Under the pieces are notes generated by a model that was given only the letters and a program-made list of their open reading frames with translations, was not told the DNA's origin and did not search any database. Below are positions 1-12,757 of a stretch of DNA of 64,000 bases, one piece after another (the stretch's first letter is position 1; each line of letters opens with the position of its first letter). The stretch comes from Octopus bimaculoides (Eukaryota). The stretch covers positions 45,010,750 to 45,074,749 of the forward strand of contig NC_068982.1 in the NCBI RefSeq assembly GCF_001194135.2, given 5' to 3'. Both the position numbers and the translations under genes were made by a program.

Positions 1-190
1 CACACACACTACGGTCTTCCGCATAGTTTTCTCTACTAAATTCCCTCGCAAGGCATCGATTGGCTCAACGCTGCAGTAGAAGTCATTTGCCCAAGTTACC
101 GCACTGTTGGACTGAACCGGAAACTACCCGGTTACAATGCGAGTTTCTTAACCACACAACTTTTCTTTTCAAGAAAAAAAAAAAAAGATT

Positions 191-545
191 GGCTGTGTGG
201 TAAGTAGCTTGCTTTACCAACCACATGGTCATGGGTTCAGTCCCACTGCGTGGCACCTTGGGCATGTGTCTTCTACTTTGTGAGTGGATTTGGTACGCAG
301 AAACTGAAAGAAGACCGTCATAAATATATATATATGTGTCTGTGTTTGTCCCTACCCCCAATATCGCTTGACAACATATGCTGGTGTGTTTATGTCCCCG
401 TAAATTAGTGGTTCGGCAAAAGAGACCGATAGAATAAGTACTAGGCTTGCAAAGAATAAGTCCTGGGGTCGATTTGCTCGACTAAAGGCAGTGCTCCAGC
501 ATGGCTGCAATCAAATGACTGAAACGAGTAAAAGAGTAAAAGAGA
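191..545 (+). mobile_element. SINE family A (ggctgtgtggt head, internal TA/TG microsatellite, aaagagtaaaag tail)
   Basis: Full-length copy. Homologous copies or parts at approximately 10-160(-), 1488-1680, 2860-3080, 3730-3850, 5020-5170, 18400-18750, 19645-20195, 27170-27575, 33020-33480(-), 34820-34995(-), 37150-37300, 43080-43240(-), 45520-45980(-), 47800-48180, 53540-53880. Confidence 0.85.
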
Positions 546-732
546 CTACGATTCTGCAATTCAAAAAATAATAATGGAGAAAGAGAAATACATTTTAAAA
601 TATTTCTTTCAGTCAAAAATGAAAAGTTTTTNNNNNNNNNNAAATAATGGTTTCATATCGACAAAAAAATGACACAAAGCCAACAGTTTGGAAAGATTAG
701 TCAATATCATCGACACCAATATTTGATCTCCG

Positions 733-1200
733 AAGGCGACGCGCTGGCAAAACGTTAGCATGCCGGGCGAAATGCTTAGCGGTATTTCGTCTGCCGTTAC
801 GTTCTGAGTTCAAATTCCGCCGAGATCAACTTTGCCTTTCATCCTTTCGGGATCGATAAATTAAGTACCAGTTATGCACTGGGGTCGATGCAATCGATTT
901 AATCTCTTTGTCTGTCCTTGTTTGTCCCCTCTATGTTTAGCCCCTTGTGGGCAATAAAGAAATAAGTAACGTTAGCACGCCGAGTGAAATGCTTAGCGGT
1001 ATTTTGTCTGGCTTTACGCTCTCAGTTCAAATTCCGCCGAGGTCGACTTTGCCTTTCATCCTTTCGGAGGTCGATGAATTAAATACCAGTTGCGTACTGG
1101 GTCGATCTAATCGACTTGCNNNNNNNNNNNNNNNNNNNNNNNNNNNNNNNNNNNNNNNNTCCTCCTCCCCCCAAAATTTCGGGCTTTGTGCCTAGAGAAG
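733..1200 (+). mobile_element. Two tandem SINE family B units (aaggcggcgagctggcagaa...gagttcaaattcc head)
   Basis: 17-bp flanking duplication AATATTTGATCTCCGAA at 718-734 and 1201-1217. Other family B copies at approximately 5300-5460(-), 9050-9270, 9800-10010(-), 16270-16400, 32060-32270(-), 39440-39610(-), 39760-39890, 49390-49550(-), 55560-55860, 57570-58335, 60160-60300, 63010-63230(-). Confidence 0.85.
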
Positions 1201-1720
1201 AATATTTGATCTCCGAAAAGATGAATATGGAAAGCAAAGTTGACCTCGGCGAGATCTAAACTCTGAACTTAAAGAGCCGGAAGAAATACCGCAGAACATT
1301 TTTTACGACGCTCTAAAAATTCTGTATTTTCACTGCTCTTCCGCAAGACAAACAACGGAGGCTTCTTTGTATTGCTTTGTTTTGTTTTCTTTTTTTTTTC
1401 TTCGTGTAAATATATGTATGTGGGTGTGGGTGGAGAAGTGAAATATAGACACTTTGCATAATTTAGCAAAAACGTGGTTACTATCGGCGCAGGCGTAGCT
1501 GTGTTGAAAGAAACTCGCTTCCCAACTGCGTGGTTCCGAGTTCAGGCTCATTGCGTGGCACATTGGGCAGATGTCTTCTACCATAGCTATGAGCTGGCAA
1601 AGCCCTGTGAGAAGATTTAATAAATGGAAATTGAAAAAAGCTCGTCACGTATGTGTGTAAATACACATACACACATATATATTCAATAACGAATTAAGAG
1701 CAGCACTACTGGTGTAAATG

Positions 1721-2053
1721 TTATCGATCGCACGTACTCATTGTATGTGTTTTGTTTGTTCCACGGAATTGCTGTGAGAGAGCGCTTAGGGATGACCTGA
1801 AAGTCATAGGCAGGTGAGACAACTCGCCCCGGGAGTGTCATAGACCGGCTGTTCGATTCGTCTTCGGTTCCACTGAGGTATGTGATGATACTAAGCCACA
1901 AAAATGGCGAAATATCGATATTCATCACTCTTAAATTCGATCCGGGGCGAGTTGTCTCACCAGTGTATGATTTTCAGGTCATTCCCAAGTATCGTCTCAC
2001 AGCGAATCCTGTGAACAAACAAAACAGAAACATTGAGTGTGTGCGATTGATAA
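1721..2053. repeat. Long inverted repeat (foldback), ~112-bp arms
   Basis: Arms 1721-1832 and 1942-2053, about 80% identical; the ORF track shows the same peptide on both strands. Confidence 0.85.
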
Positions 2054-2058
2054 TATAT

Positions 2059-2452
2059 GGCTGTGTGGTAAGTAGCTTGCTTACCAACCACACGGTTCCG
2101 GGTTCAGTCCCGCTGCGTGGCACCTTGGGCAAGTATCTTCTACTATAGCCTCGAGCCGACCAAAGCCTTGTGAGTGGATTTGGTAGACGGAAACTGAAAG
2201 AAGCCCGTCGTATATATGTATATATATATATGTATGTGTGTGTATATGTTTGTGTCTGTGTTTGTCCCCCCAACATTCACTTGACAACCGATGCTAGTGT
2301 GTTTACGTCCCCGTAAATTAGTGGTTCGCCAGAAGAGACCGATAGAATAAGTACTAGGCTTCCAAAGAGTAAGTCCTGGGGTCGATTTGCTCGACTTAAG
2401 GCGGTGCTCCAGCATGGCTGCAGTCAAATGACTGAAACGAGTAAAAAAGAGT
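2059..2452 (+). mobile_element. SINE family A, CpG-intact copy
   Basis: Colinear with 191-545 and 15588-15990. Confidence 0.88.
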
Positions 2453-2457
2453 AAATA

Positions 2458-2498
<41 letters not shown>

Positions 2499-3850
2499 GT
2501 ACATATATATATATATATATATACACGCACGCACTCGCCCATTTAAAAACTTCTTTGAAATGCTCTGAAGAAGGTTTACGTAGTGGATGCACTTCCTATT
2601 ACATGTTATACGAACCTGAAACGTATTAGATGATTTCAAAATATTACTATTTGATCTGACTTCTTTATTACAGCTTGTACGACTCGATGCCAGTACTCAA
2701 CATATGCGTTGCTCTAACAATGATTTTGTAGTAGTTTACTAGGCGCGTGCGTTGAGTTAAAGTAAAGAAAAAGGAGCACTCAGAGCGCATACCTATTGGT
2801 TTGAGTCTCTCTAACGAAAATTCCTTGTATATTTTCATACACATACACACAACACACACACAAACAAAATGTGTCTGTGTTTGTCCATCACCACCGCTTG
2901 ACAACTGGTGTTGGTTTGTTTATATTCCCATACTTGAACGGTTAGAGACCGATGGAATAAGTACGGGGCTTTTTTTTTAAAAAATAAGTACTGGAGTTGA
3001 TTCATTCAACTAAAACTCTTCAAGGCGATGCCCCAACATGGCCGCAGTTCAATGACCGAGACATGTAAAAGCTAAAAGATATATAAACTTACACGGAAAT
3101 ATAGTATTATAACAATTTTTATTTTACAAATGTTCTTTAATCACTGGGGATAAATTTCGGTAATGTGTTTTAAAAGAAAACTTGTTCAAATTAGACATTG
3201 TTTCATCCATGTGGAGATCGTTTCATCTCGTTACTTGATATACTTTCATATTTGATCCGTGTTTTGATCCATACCCAGATGATTCCTCGTTATCAGTGCA
3301 AAATACCAGTGATAGTCAATGAAATGGCGAGAATAGCTCGTCATCCTTTATATTTTCTTTTCCTTTTCTTTTTCAATTTTCGCCTCTGCCTTTGATTTTT
3401 TTTCAATTCGTTTTCTTTTTTTAACTTCCTTGGTTTGTATATTTAAAGCAGAAAAACAGATATTGCCATTCTACAAAATAAATAAATCAATAATAATAAT
3501 AATAATAATTTCAAAATAACCTAAGTCGAAAATAAATCAATGGAAAGATTGCTGTAACTCGGTCGGCCCCGGTAATATGTTTTCTATAATTGTGTAATTA
3601 TCTCTTGTGGAAAAATTATCTAAATCGAACCCTAAATCCGATGGAACAAGTTAGTGTTTAGATTTTTTCTTTCGAAATTAGCTACACCGAGAATGAAATA
3701 ATTGAAGAAATTAGAGAAAATATACGTTTTAGGTGTGTGTGGTTAAGAAGCTCACTTTGCAACCATGTGGTTTCAGGTTCAGTTTCACTGTGCGGCACTA
3801 TGAGCCTTGGGCCGATCAATGCCCCGTGAGTGAATTTCGTAGACGAAAAC

Positions 3851-3884
<34 letters not shown>

Positions 3885-3915
3885 GTATATATATATATAT
3901 TTGTATATATATGGG

Positions 3916-4198
3916 ACACCCTTCGGTCACGAATGACTGTAGGATTGCACATAGAAAGTCCCTTCTGAGACACAAATCTGGGCAAGGTTGTTTGTGGAAG
4001 ACCAGCAGTTGCCCACGCATAACAGTTTCCCCTCTCTACACTACCGATGTTGTCCAAGGGAAAGGCAAATACAGCTTGGCACCAGTGACCTCGCAACTCA
4101 TTTCCACAATTGAGTAAAATGAACACAGTCCGATTCGAGAATCGAACTTACAGCCTCACGATTGATCAGCGCTCTAACCACTTATTCATCCGCCTCCA
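3916..4198 (-). mobile_element. SINE family C
   Basis: Colinear with 26671-27005. Confidence 0.8.
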
Positions 4199-4214
4199 CT
4201 AGTTTATGTTTATA

Positions 4215-4416
4215 NNNNNNNNNNNNNNNNNNNNNNNNNNNNNNNNNNNNNNNNNNNNNNNNNNNNNNNNNNNNNNNNNNNNNNNNNNNNNNNNNNNNNN
4301 NNNNNNNNNNNNNNNNNNNNNNNNNNNNNNNNNNNNNNNNNNNNNNNNNNNNNNNNNNNNNNNNNNNNNNNNNNNNNNNNNNNNNNNNNNNNNNNNNNNN
4401 NNNNNNNNNNNNNNNN
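4215..4416. other. Assembly gap (202 N); smaller gaps at 632-641, 1120-1159 and 18419-18428
   Basis: N runs. Confidence 0.99.
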
Positions 4417-5574
4417 TAGCTGTTGGCTCTGGCGTTGCTCGTGTTTTCTGTGTTGAAGTTAAGCCCACCTCTGACCGTTGAAATTTTACATGTGATTACA
4501 GTTCATGTCCAGTAGTTGATGGAATTAAATTAAAACCTTTACCGTTTCTCCTACCACAAAATTTACCTAAGTCTCAAAGTTCATTAAAATCGGATGAAAA
4601 ATATAAAAGTTACGGCCAAAAATAAAATCCCTATGGGTATTTGCACGCAAAAAGCCTATTGCTTTTATAAAGCCATTACTCAGGCGCAGTTATCGATTTT
4701 TTGTCAACGCCATATACTGACATCAACTCATTTTCATGAGCCTCGCTCACTACCGACAGTAGTGATGGTGGTGGAGGGGAAGGCGGCGAAGACAAAGGTA
4801 TTGTGGTAGCGTCAGAATGATGTGTGTATGGCAGATGTGGTGGCAATGGTGGTGGTACTGTTGTTTATCATGCAGCTTTGCAATAAGTTCCTTGTCGATA
4901 AATTATATCATTGTTTTGATGAAAATTATTCATCCATCGCTTGAAAAATATTGTTCAAGTTTAATAAAATTTAATATGTACTCAACGCATGAAGTATCAT
5001 TGTTGGGCCCAAGGCCTTATGAAGAGCCATCCACAGGAGCTATCTTAAAAGCAGTCTGTGTGTGTCTGTTTGTCCCCCACCACCGCTTGACAATCAGTGC
5101 GGGTGTTTTTACTTAGAAGTTCGACAAAAGACTGATAGAATAAGTATCAGGCTTAAAATTATGTGATACCACTGTCGCAATTTACATCCATTGTTTTTCG
5201 GACAAGTGCAGTAATGGGAGAAAAAATTCAGTAGCCCGAATATCATTTCTAATTTTAGAACAAGACCAGAACTTTTGAAGGAAAGGTACAAGTCGATTAT
5301 ATCGACCCTAGTACTCAACTAGTACTTATTTTATCGACCCCGAATGGATGAAAAGCAACTCGACTTCGGCAGAATTTGAACTCAGGACGTTGAGACGGAC
5401 GAAATGCCGCTAAGCAGATTTTACCTGGCGTGCTAACGCTCCTATCAGCTCCCCGCCTTCATTAGTAAGAATATTGGCAATAAATCTGTACGGAAGAAAT
5501 ACTAAAAGATAAAGGCGACCGGATGGTCCTAACCATGAAGTCAGTATGATGAAAGTGTCATGTTTTAAAGTCTT

Positions 5575-5958
5575 CTTGTTGGCACTCCGTCGCTTACGAC
5601 GACGAAGGTTCCAGTTGATCCGATCAACGGAACAGCCTGCTCGTGAAATTAACGTGCAAGTGGCTGAGCACTCCACAGACACGTGTACCCTTAACGTAGT
5701 TCTCGGGGATATTCAGCGTGACACAGTGTGACAAGGCTGACCCTTTGAATTACAGGCACAACAGAAACAGGAAGTAAGAGTGAGAGAAAGTTGTGGTGAA
5801 AGAGTACAGCAGGGTTCGCCACCATCCACTGCCGGAGAGCCTCGTGGAGCTTTAGGTGTTTTCGCTCAATAAACACTCACAACGCCCGGTCTGGGAATCA
5901 AAACCGCGATCCTATGACCGCGAGTCCGCTGCCCTAACCATTGGGCCATTGCGCTTCC
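5575..5958 (-). mobile_element. SINE family D (tRNA head + ctgtggagtgctcagccac 3' module)
   Basis: Pol III A/B-box-like head at 5890-5958; 3' module recurs at 40220-40340(+). Confidence 0.8.
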
Positions 5959-8339
5959 TGTTTTAAAGTAAAAACTTTAAAAACGGATTAAATATCAGTG
6001 TGTATGTAATAAGCGACAAGACGAAGGATCTTACATTGACGGCGCAATGTACAGAAAGTAATACGGTGTGACCTGTAACGGATCTGTTCGGTTTGGCTCA
6101 CAGCCAAACTGAACAGATTCCCTGTAACAAAACTACGTCTAATCCCAACACGTTTTTTCGTCACATTGTTGAAATTTATTTCGAATGATATAAAAAAGAA
6201 AATGTAGAATAAAATTTGTAATGTCATATAATCTGTGTAGCTTTCGATTAGGAACTATATGCCTCTACTAAATTGTGCAAGCTCTCCACCTTTCTCCCTT
6301 TCTCCCTCTTCTTTACACACACACACACAAAATATCAAAAGTAGTTTAAATTATCTTTCTCGTATCGCGATCTTGCCGAAAATATTCGTAACCTTTTTCA
6401 TTTTCGACTTCGTATTTTATATTGCCTTATTTTATTTTATTTATTTTTGTCTTTCAAGAATTGTGATCTCTCTCTCTTTTTTTTTTTTTTTAATAAGTTT
6501 TTTTTTTCTTTTTTTAACCGCTCCAAACCTGCAAGTCAATAACAACTTTCGAAACAAACGGGTCAGAAATGAAGAAGTTAAGAGAGGGGGGAGGGGCAAA
6601 AAGCTTTTAGAAGTTGAAACTTGAGGGTAAAAAAAACATGTCGTCCCCAGGCAGAATTGTAATATTCCGTGTAGAAAGCTGAAGATATTGTCTAAAGAAA
6701 AAGAAAATGAATGAAATTTTGAAAACAACCGGTTAAGTGTTACCTTTATTCCAAAACTTCTGCATATTATCTATATTACTGTCAACACAATACATCATCA
6801 TCATCTCTTTCTCTCTCTCTCTCTCTCAATAACACCAAAGAAAGATGAGAATTTTATCAACATCTGCGTTTTAAAATATCAACTAAACGTCAATATGGTT
6901 TATACTTGCATTAAAGATGACTTAGTTATAAATAAAAGCCAAAATGTCCATAAAAATCATAATCTACTCTAAAAAGAAAAGAAATCTGAAAAAAGAAAAA
7001 AAAACGTTATGACGGGAAAATCAGGGTATGTGACGTTTTACCACCACCCGTTTGGCGTCGCTCATTCGACGCTGAATTATTCGATACGTTGTAATCTCTT
7101 TTTGTCTTCACCCCTCTCTCTCTCTGTGAGCATCTATGTATGTTTGTACCTCTGTGTAACGTCTTTCTCTCTCCCTTTCACTGTGTGTGTATGTTTTTAC
7201 CTCCAGCGCAACAACTACAACCAATCATCTCAATCAGGAGAAAACTTGGTTTAGTATTCTTGCAACCTGGGTTACATTGTGCCTAAATAAAAAGAGAAGG
7301 GCTAATGAACAACTTTAACTCAAAACTAATAACAACAAAGTAACTGTTAGTTATTGTAGCTATTAACCCATTTGAGAAATTAGGCTTTAATTTCAACACT
7401 ATTAGTATAAAAAAAAAAATATTAAATTGGCCTGAACTGTTTGAACTCAAAATCGTTAGCAGTGATCTAAGCAGGTCACCTAATGATAATAAATTTATTT
7501 TCCCTTCAGTGCTATCAATTTACTACAAAACTGTTTCGATACAGCAAGTACCAAGTATTACCAGTAAATATCAAGTATAAAGATTGATGTTACCTTTATT
7601 CTCAAAATTCGCGGACCTTATTCCGAAACATTAGAATCGTGTTTATATTCAAGGGAAGTAACTCTAATATAGGTAACGACGAGTTATGTTCCGTAGTTTT
7701 TTGACGTTTTGGCTTGTGCAATTGTTGGAGTCGAAATATGGTTCTCTTTCACACAAGCAGTCGAGAATTAAAATTGAGCTGCGAATTTGGTATACACTTT
7801 TTGTATTAGTAACAGTCTGAAAAAAAAAAGTGAAACTCGGAGTAATGATGGAGGGGAACTCCAACTTCGAATAAATGGTCAGTCTTCTATACATCTTGAG
7901 TACTTTTTCTGCAGCTTGTAAAAGCAAACACACATGTGCAGACATGCATTTCATGTGTGTGTGTGTGTGTGTGTGAACCATTCCAAAAACATGGTATGCA
8001 CAACAGAAATAAATAGGTTGGGTACTCAGTAGCTGTGTGTGCCGCCAGATGACGAAAACTCACGACAAGTGGTGAATAGCGAAATCCGTTGAGCATTAAG
8101 CAAGCATAGAAACGCGGACGTAAAATTCACATACACGTAAAATATCTTATCACCCGTTCATAAATATCATGCGTTCAACTCCGTTAATTATAATCAGGAC
8201 TATTAGAGATTGGTACCAGAATAGTCGCAGGCTAAAAGTTGATGTGTACTCATTATGCCCGTTTAAGAAAGAGATGGAATTGTAATACGCATGCTGCTCT
8301 CAGGCATTATTACTTAAACAAATTGTCTAAATGACACCC

Positions 8340-8463
8340 CACTAGCGTAGCTAGGGGGTGGGCCGCACTTTTGGGTCTATTGTAGGCAATGTGTTTTTTG
8401 TGGGGTCTGGAGGCGGCAACGGAAGGGCTGTCCCGGGCGGCACACACTCTAGCTACACTAGTG
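8340..8463. mobile_element. hAT-type MITE, 124 bp
   Basis: 15-bp TIR CACTAG(C/T)GTAGCTAG (14/15 match); perfect 8-bp TSD TGACACCC at 8332-8339 and 8464-8471. Confidence 0.88.
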
Positions 8464-10439
8464 TGACACCCTCCACATTTATTTTAAATTATGATTTAAA
8501 AACTACAAATGTTAGCAGGAGATGGGTGTTAGATAATTAGTTTGACCTCGATAGTTGGCTGTTTGTTAGTTAACTAACTCTAAAAGTAAACTTCACCCCG
8601 GTCTGTTTTGAGCCCAGAATGCAAAGAAACAATTTTCAGTTTAAATTTTTAGCATATAGTTAGTTGCTTTTGTGGCTTTGCGTATCGTGACAGCTATGTT
8701 GAAAGAGGTTTGGAGAGCCGACTAATTCACGGTGAAAACAATTTATAATGAAACCACCGTTTTAAAAGAGCATGATGAGAGCATACACTTTATTTGTTGT
8801 ATTATTTACAAAATCCTCTTTTATCTTCTTCAGTTATGTCGCTTTTTTTAAATTGATATTTGGACTTCCAGATTACTGTACTCTAGAACTTTGTTTTTCT
8901 ATTGTAATAATCTCTATATAAAAGGTTACAGTAATTTACTTTTACATCCAAATCTTAAGTCTAGAAACTGTAGAGTCATAGTCAAGTAGAGAAAAATGTC
9001 AATTGGAAGACAGTTCAAAGTAATCGTAACTCAATTACTGAAATTGTATTAAGGCGGTGAGCTGGCAGAAACGTTAGCGCGCCGGGCGAAATGCTTAGCG
9101 GTATTATGTCTGTAGTGGCGCGAAATCTGTCTTCAAATTCCGCCGAGGTCGACTTTGCCTTTCACCCTTTCGGGATTGATGAATTAAGTACCAGTAGCGT
9201 ACTGGGATCGATCAAATCGACTGGCCCCTTCCCCCAAAATTTCAGGCCTTGTACCTAGAGTAGAAAAGAATTACTGAAATTCTGGTGGTTTGGGAATAAG
9301 AAGTCATTGTTCAAGTATTAAGGAGACGCGGAAAATACGAACAGTAACCGATGAAATGAGCTATATTTGTTCAAGACGATAGGATCAGGCTGCATGGCTA
9401 AAGTATCAGCGTTCAGCATGTTTCATTACATCCCCAACAACGCGGTCTTTCACAATCCACCAAACTAAAAAATGTGGATACTGTACATAGTGGTGACACA
9501 ATATTGCTTACTAGTGTTTAGTTTGCAACGCTAAGCCCAAATCCTTTCACTCCAGTTTGTCTATCTTGAAGTCATGAAGGTGAAAAATATATTGAGGTTT
9601 TCTAACGACCCAAATTGTAACAAGATCATTAATTCGTTAAATAGTTGAAAGAAGTTAAGAGAAACAGAAGCCGTTATATTAATGACAACAAAAACAAAAC
9701 GAGAAGATATTTGATAAATATTTGCCCCTTGTGAGAGTTTCTGTAAACTAAATCCATTTTTCTCTAATTTAAAAAATGAATGGACACTTAGAGAAATATT
9801 GGTTTCAAATTTTGGCACAAGGCCAGAAAGCTTGGAAGGAAAAGTAAGTCGATTACAGCTACCCCCAATGCTCAACTGGTAATTGTTTTGTCGTTCCCGA
9901 AAGGATGAAAGGCAGAGTCGACCTCGGCAGAATTTGAACTCAGAACGTAAAGACGGACGAAATGCCGCTAAGCATTTTGCCTGGGATGCTAACGATTCTA
10001 CTAGCTCGCTGTTTTCACTTAAAGAAATGTTGATATTGTAGAAAAAAGCGTTCTCTTTGGTTCATCAGTGAAGCGTACAATGTTCAACAGTTAGATAGTA
10101 ATTGATAGTAAAATGTCTACAACATATAATGACGAAACAAACTCAGAATAAAGCAATGCACTTCACGTCCATCCAGTAAAATTCAATTCAGTGCGACGAA
10201 TTTAATAATTGCTTGCTTCACCTTCTTCAATTTCCGGATTCTTTGTTACGAGATAGCCACCTACGAAATAAGAGTAAACTACTTCCGGGACATACCACCT
10301 TTAGTGATTAACACATTAAGAAGAAATCTTGTCACCTTTAACCTTTCAGCTCGTCATTCGAGGTGGTATCATAATGTCGTGGCCCAAATTCTAATAAAAT
10401 CATTTCAACTCATTAAAGTATTTAACGATGTTTCTTGTT

Positions 10440-11587
10440 TAATGTTACACCATATGGTGATTCTCATCAACTCAGCGACAGCCTCTTCCTTTCATTTGTG
10501 TTCTTTTTCTTCTTTTCTTCAGTTTTGCTCCTTCAATTATCTCAGTCTCCCCCTCTCTCTCTTTTTCTCTCTCTTGCTTTCTCGATCTCTTCGTTTCTTT
10601 TTCTTTCCCTCTACTTAGTTTTTTTTCTTCATTTATTGCTTCGCCCTCTCTCTTTCTCTTTTACTCATTCCCCCTATTTCCTCAAACGTCTCCTTCCATC
10701 TTCGTCCACCTCTCTCCCACTTCTTTATCACCCTCTCTTTTATCCAGACTTAAGATATCTCTCTTTTTATTACTTTACTGTTGTAATCTTTATTCTTTTC
10801 TTCTCGCCTTATACTTGCCGTACTTTCTTGTGATTTCCTTCACTATTTTTTTCACATTTCTATCTTACCTGTTTTATTTATCTTACTTTTTTTGTTCTAC
10901 TCATTCATTTACGCTTCTCTCCCTCTCTCTTTCAATATTTTTCTCGCTCTCTTTACTCATCTTTATCATAAGTCTTTGAGTTATCATTTCTCCACTCTCT
11001 CGACCATTAAGTTTTTATCATCTTTTTCACCCTTCCTTTCTTATTCCTCGCCCCCCCCCGTCTCTCCTACATCTAATTTCTTCTCCCTTACATTTCTTTC
11101 TGTCACCAACTTTTACTTCATGTACGTTTTTCTTTCTCCTTACTATCTATTTTTTTCCCCATTCCAATTTCTTTTTTTCAGCTTCTTTACCCAATCTCAC
11201 TTTATTTTGTCTCTTTTCTGTTTTCTCCCAATATTTCTTCCCATCTTTTCTATATTTATTTTTTTTTTACTCTTTATTTCCTTTGCGCCATTTTCCTCTC
11301 ATGTCTCTCCACCATCTCTATTTCCCTTCAGTTTTTCCACACATCGCCCACCACCACTCTGAACCTACGCTAACCTCAGCGTGGGACCTCCAACGTAGCA
11401 ATCCACACACCAAGAAATAGCAGCCAAATATCCCTCAGATTACTTTTTTTTTCATTTTAGAAAAAAACACTACATATTGTACAATGTAGTTTTACATATG
11501 TACAAAAAAGACGGTGTCAGCTGGAGCGCTCTGACTTGGGCAAACAACCAACAATTCTAATCTATTCTTTATGTACGGCTCTCTCTC

Positions 11588-11640
<53 letters not shown>

Positions 11641-11877
11641 TTCTCTTTCTCCACATTGTCACTACATCTCTCTCCTGTCGTCTGGTCCTTTTCATTTTTA
11701 TGTTCCTTTTACACACACTCTCCAGCTTCCTATTCGTCTTTTCCTTCTTTCACACTGTTCCTCCCATTCTTTCTTCTTTTCTCCTACCTTCAATTAAATT
11801 TGATCAAACTTCCGTCACATCTATCTTCGCTCGCCCCCACCATCCCGTCTCATCTCCCTGTCTCCTGTTTTATCTTT

Positions 11878-11913
<36 letters not shown>

Positions 11914-12080
11914 GTCATTTTTATCATCACCCTTCTCTCCAAATTCACTCTTCCTTGCACCTTTGCATGTCAATGACTGTCCCTTACCCTCTTCTTCACT
12001 TTCCCACCATCTGCAACTTTTCTGAACCTTCTACCTATCCACACAATGTCCTCGTTCGTTTTCCTCCAACTTCCCTCTAG
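10440..12080 (+). repeat. Strand-asymmetric C/T-rich low-complexity tract with (CT)n arrays
   Basis: Pyrimidine-dominated + strand; (CT)n at ~11580-11650 and 11880-11910. Confidence 0.85.
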
Positions 12081-12757
12081 CACTACCGCCACTGCTGCCA
12101 CTTTCATCTCTCTAATAATACTTCGCCACTACTAGAGGTGGTGAGGTAGTAAAATACCTCGACACTATCAGCATCGCCATCAAAGCTTACCCCCACTGAT
12201 ACAACCACCATTTGTAACCACTGTTTGTATTCATTCACTATAACCCTCAGATAATCCCTCTGTCTCCATCACTTATAACTACCACTACCTCCATTACCAT
12301 CACCAATGCCGCCTCCATACCAATAACACCCTTCACCACCACCATGCTTTGTTTCACCTCAACACCACTTACAACCTCCACAGTCTTAAGTATTTGACTA
12401 ACTTTGACATTTCTCTCATATCTATCTCTTCCTCCACGTTCTATAATTTAGCTTGTTTCTCGTGTCACAAAGTAGAAGAAAAAGGAACATTAAATAACAA
12501 AAAATAAAAATTGTAGACATTGAAATATCAAAACTGAACGTCTGCAAGTCCAGTGTCGTCTGCTGATTATGTAAGAAAAGTTTTATAACTTGAACTAAAA
12601 CGATAACTTTATTAAAAAAAAAACTTTTCAAAGGAAATTTCATAAAAAAAATTTTACAAACAAAAAGTTAATAACAATATCAAACATTGAAACTTTCATA
12701 TAATACAATAACTTTTGCAATTATTATAAAGACGATAAAACGTCCCTGTTAGAAATA

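Noticed and set aside
1873-1930. Hammerhead-like GTGATGA...GCCA/TGGC-GAAA in the foldback spacer
   Set aside because: The core starts with G rather than C, has 6 extra nt before stem II, and TGATGA pairs with the downstream TCATCAC.
10304-12080. Long ORFs in the track (104-169 aa, F/L/S-rich)
   Set aside because: Translations of C/T low-complexity DNA with no domain signature.
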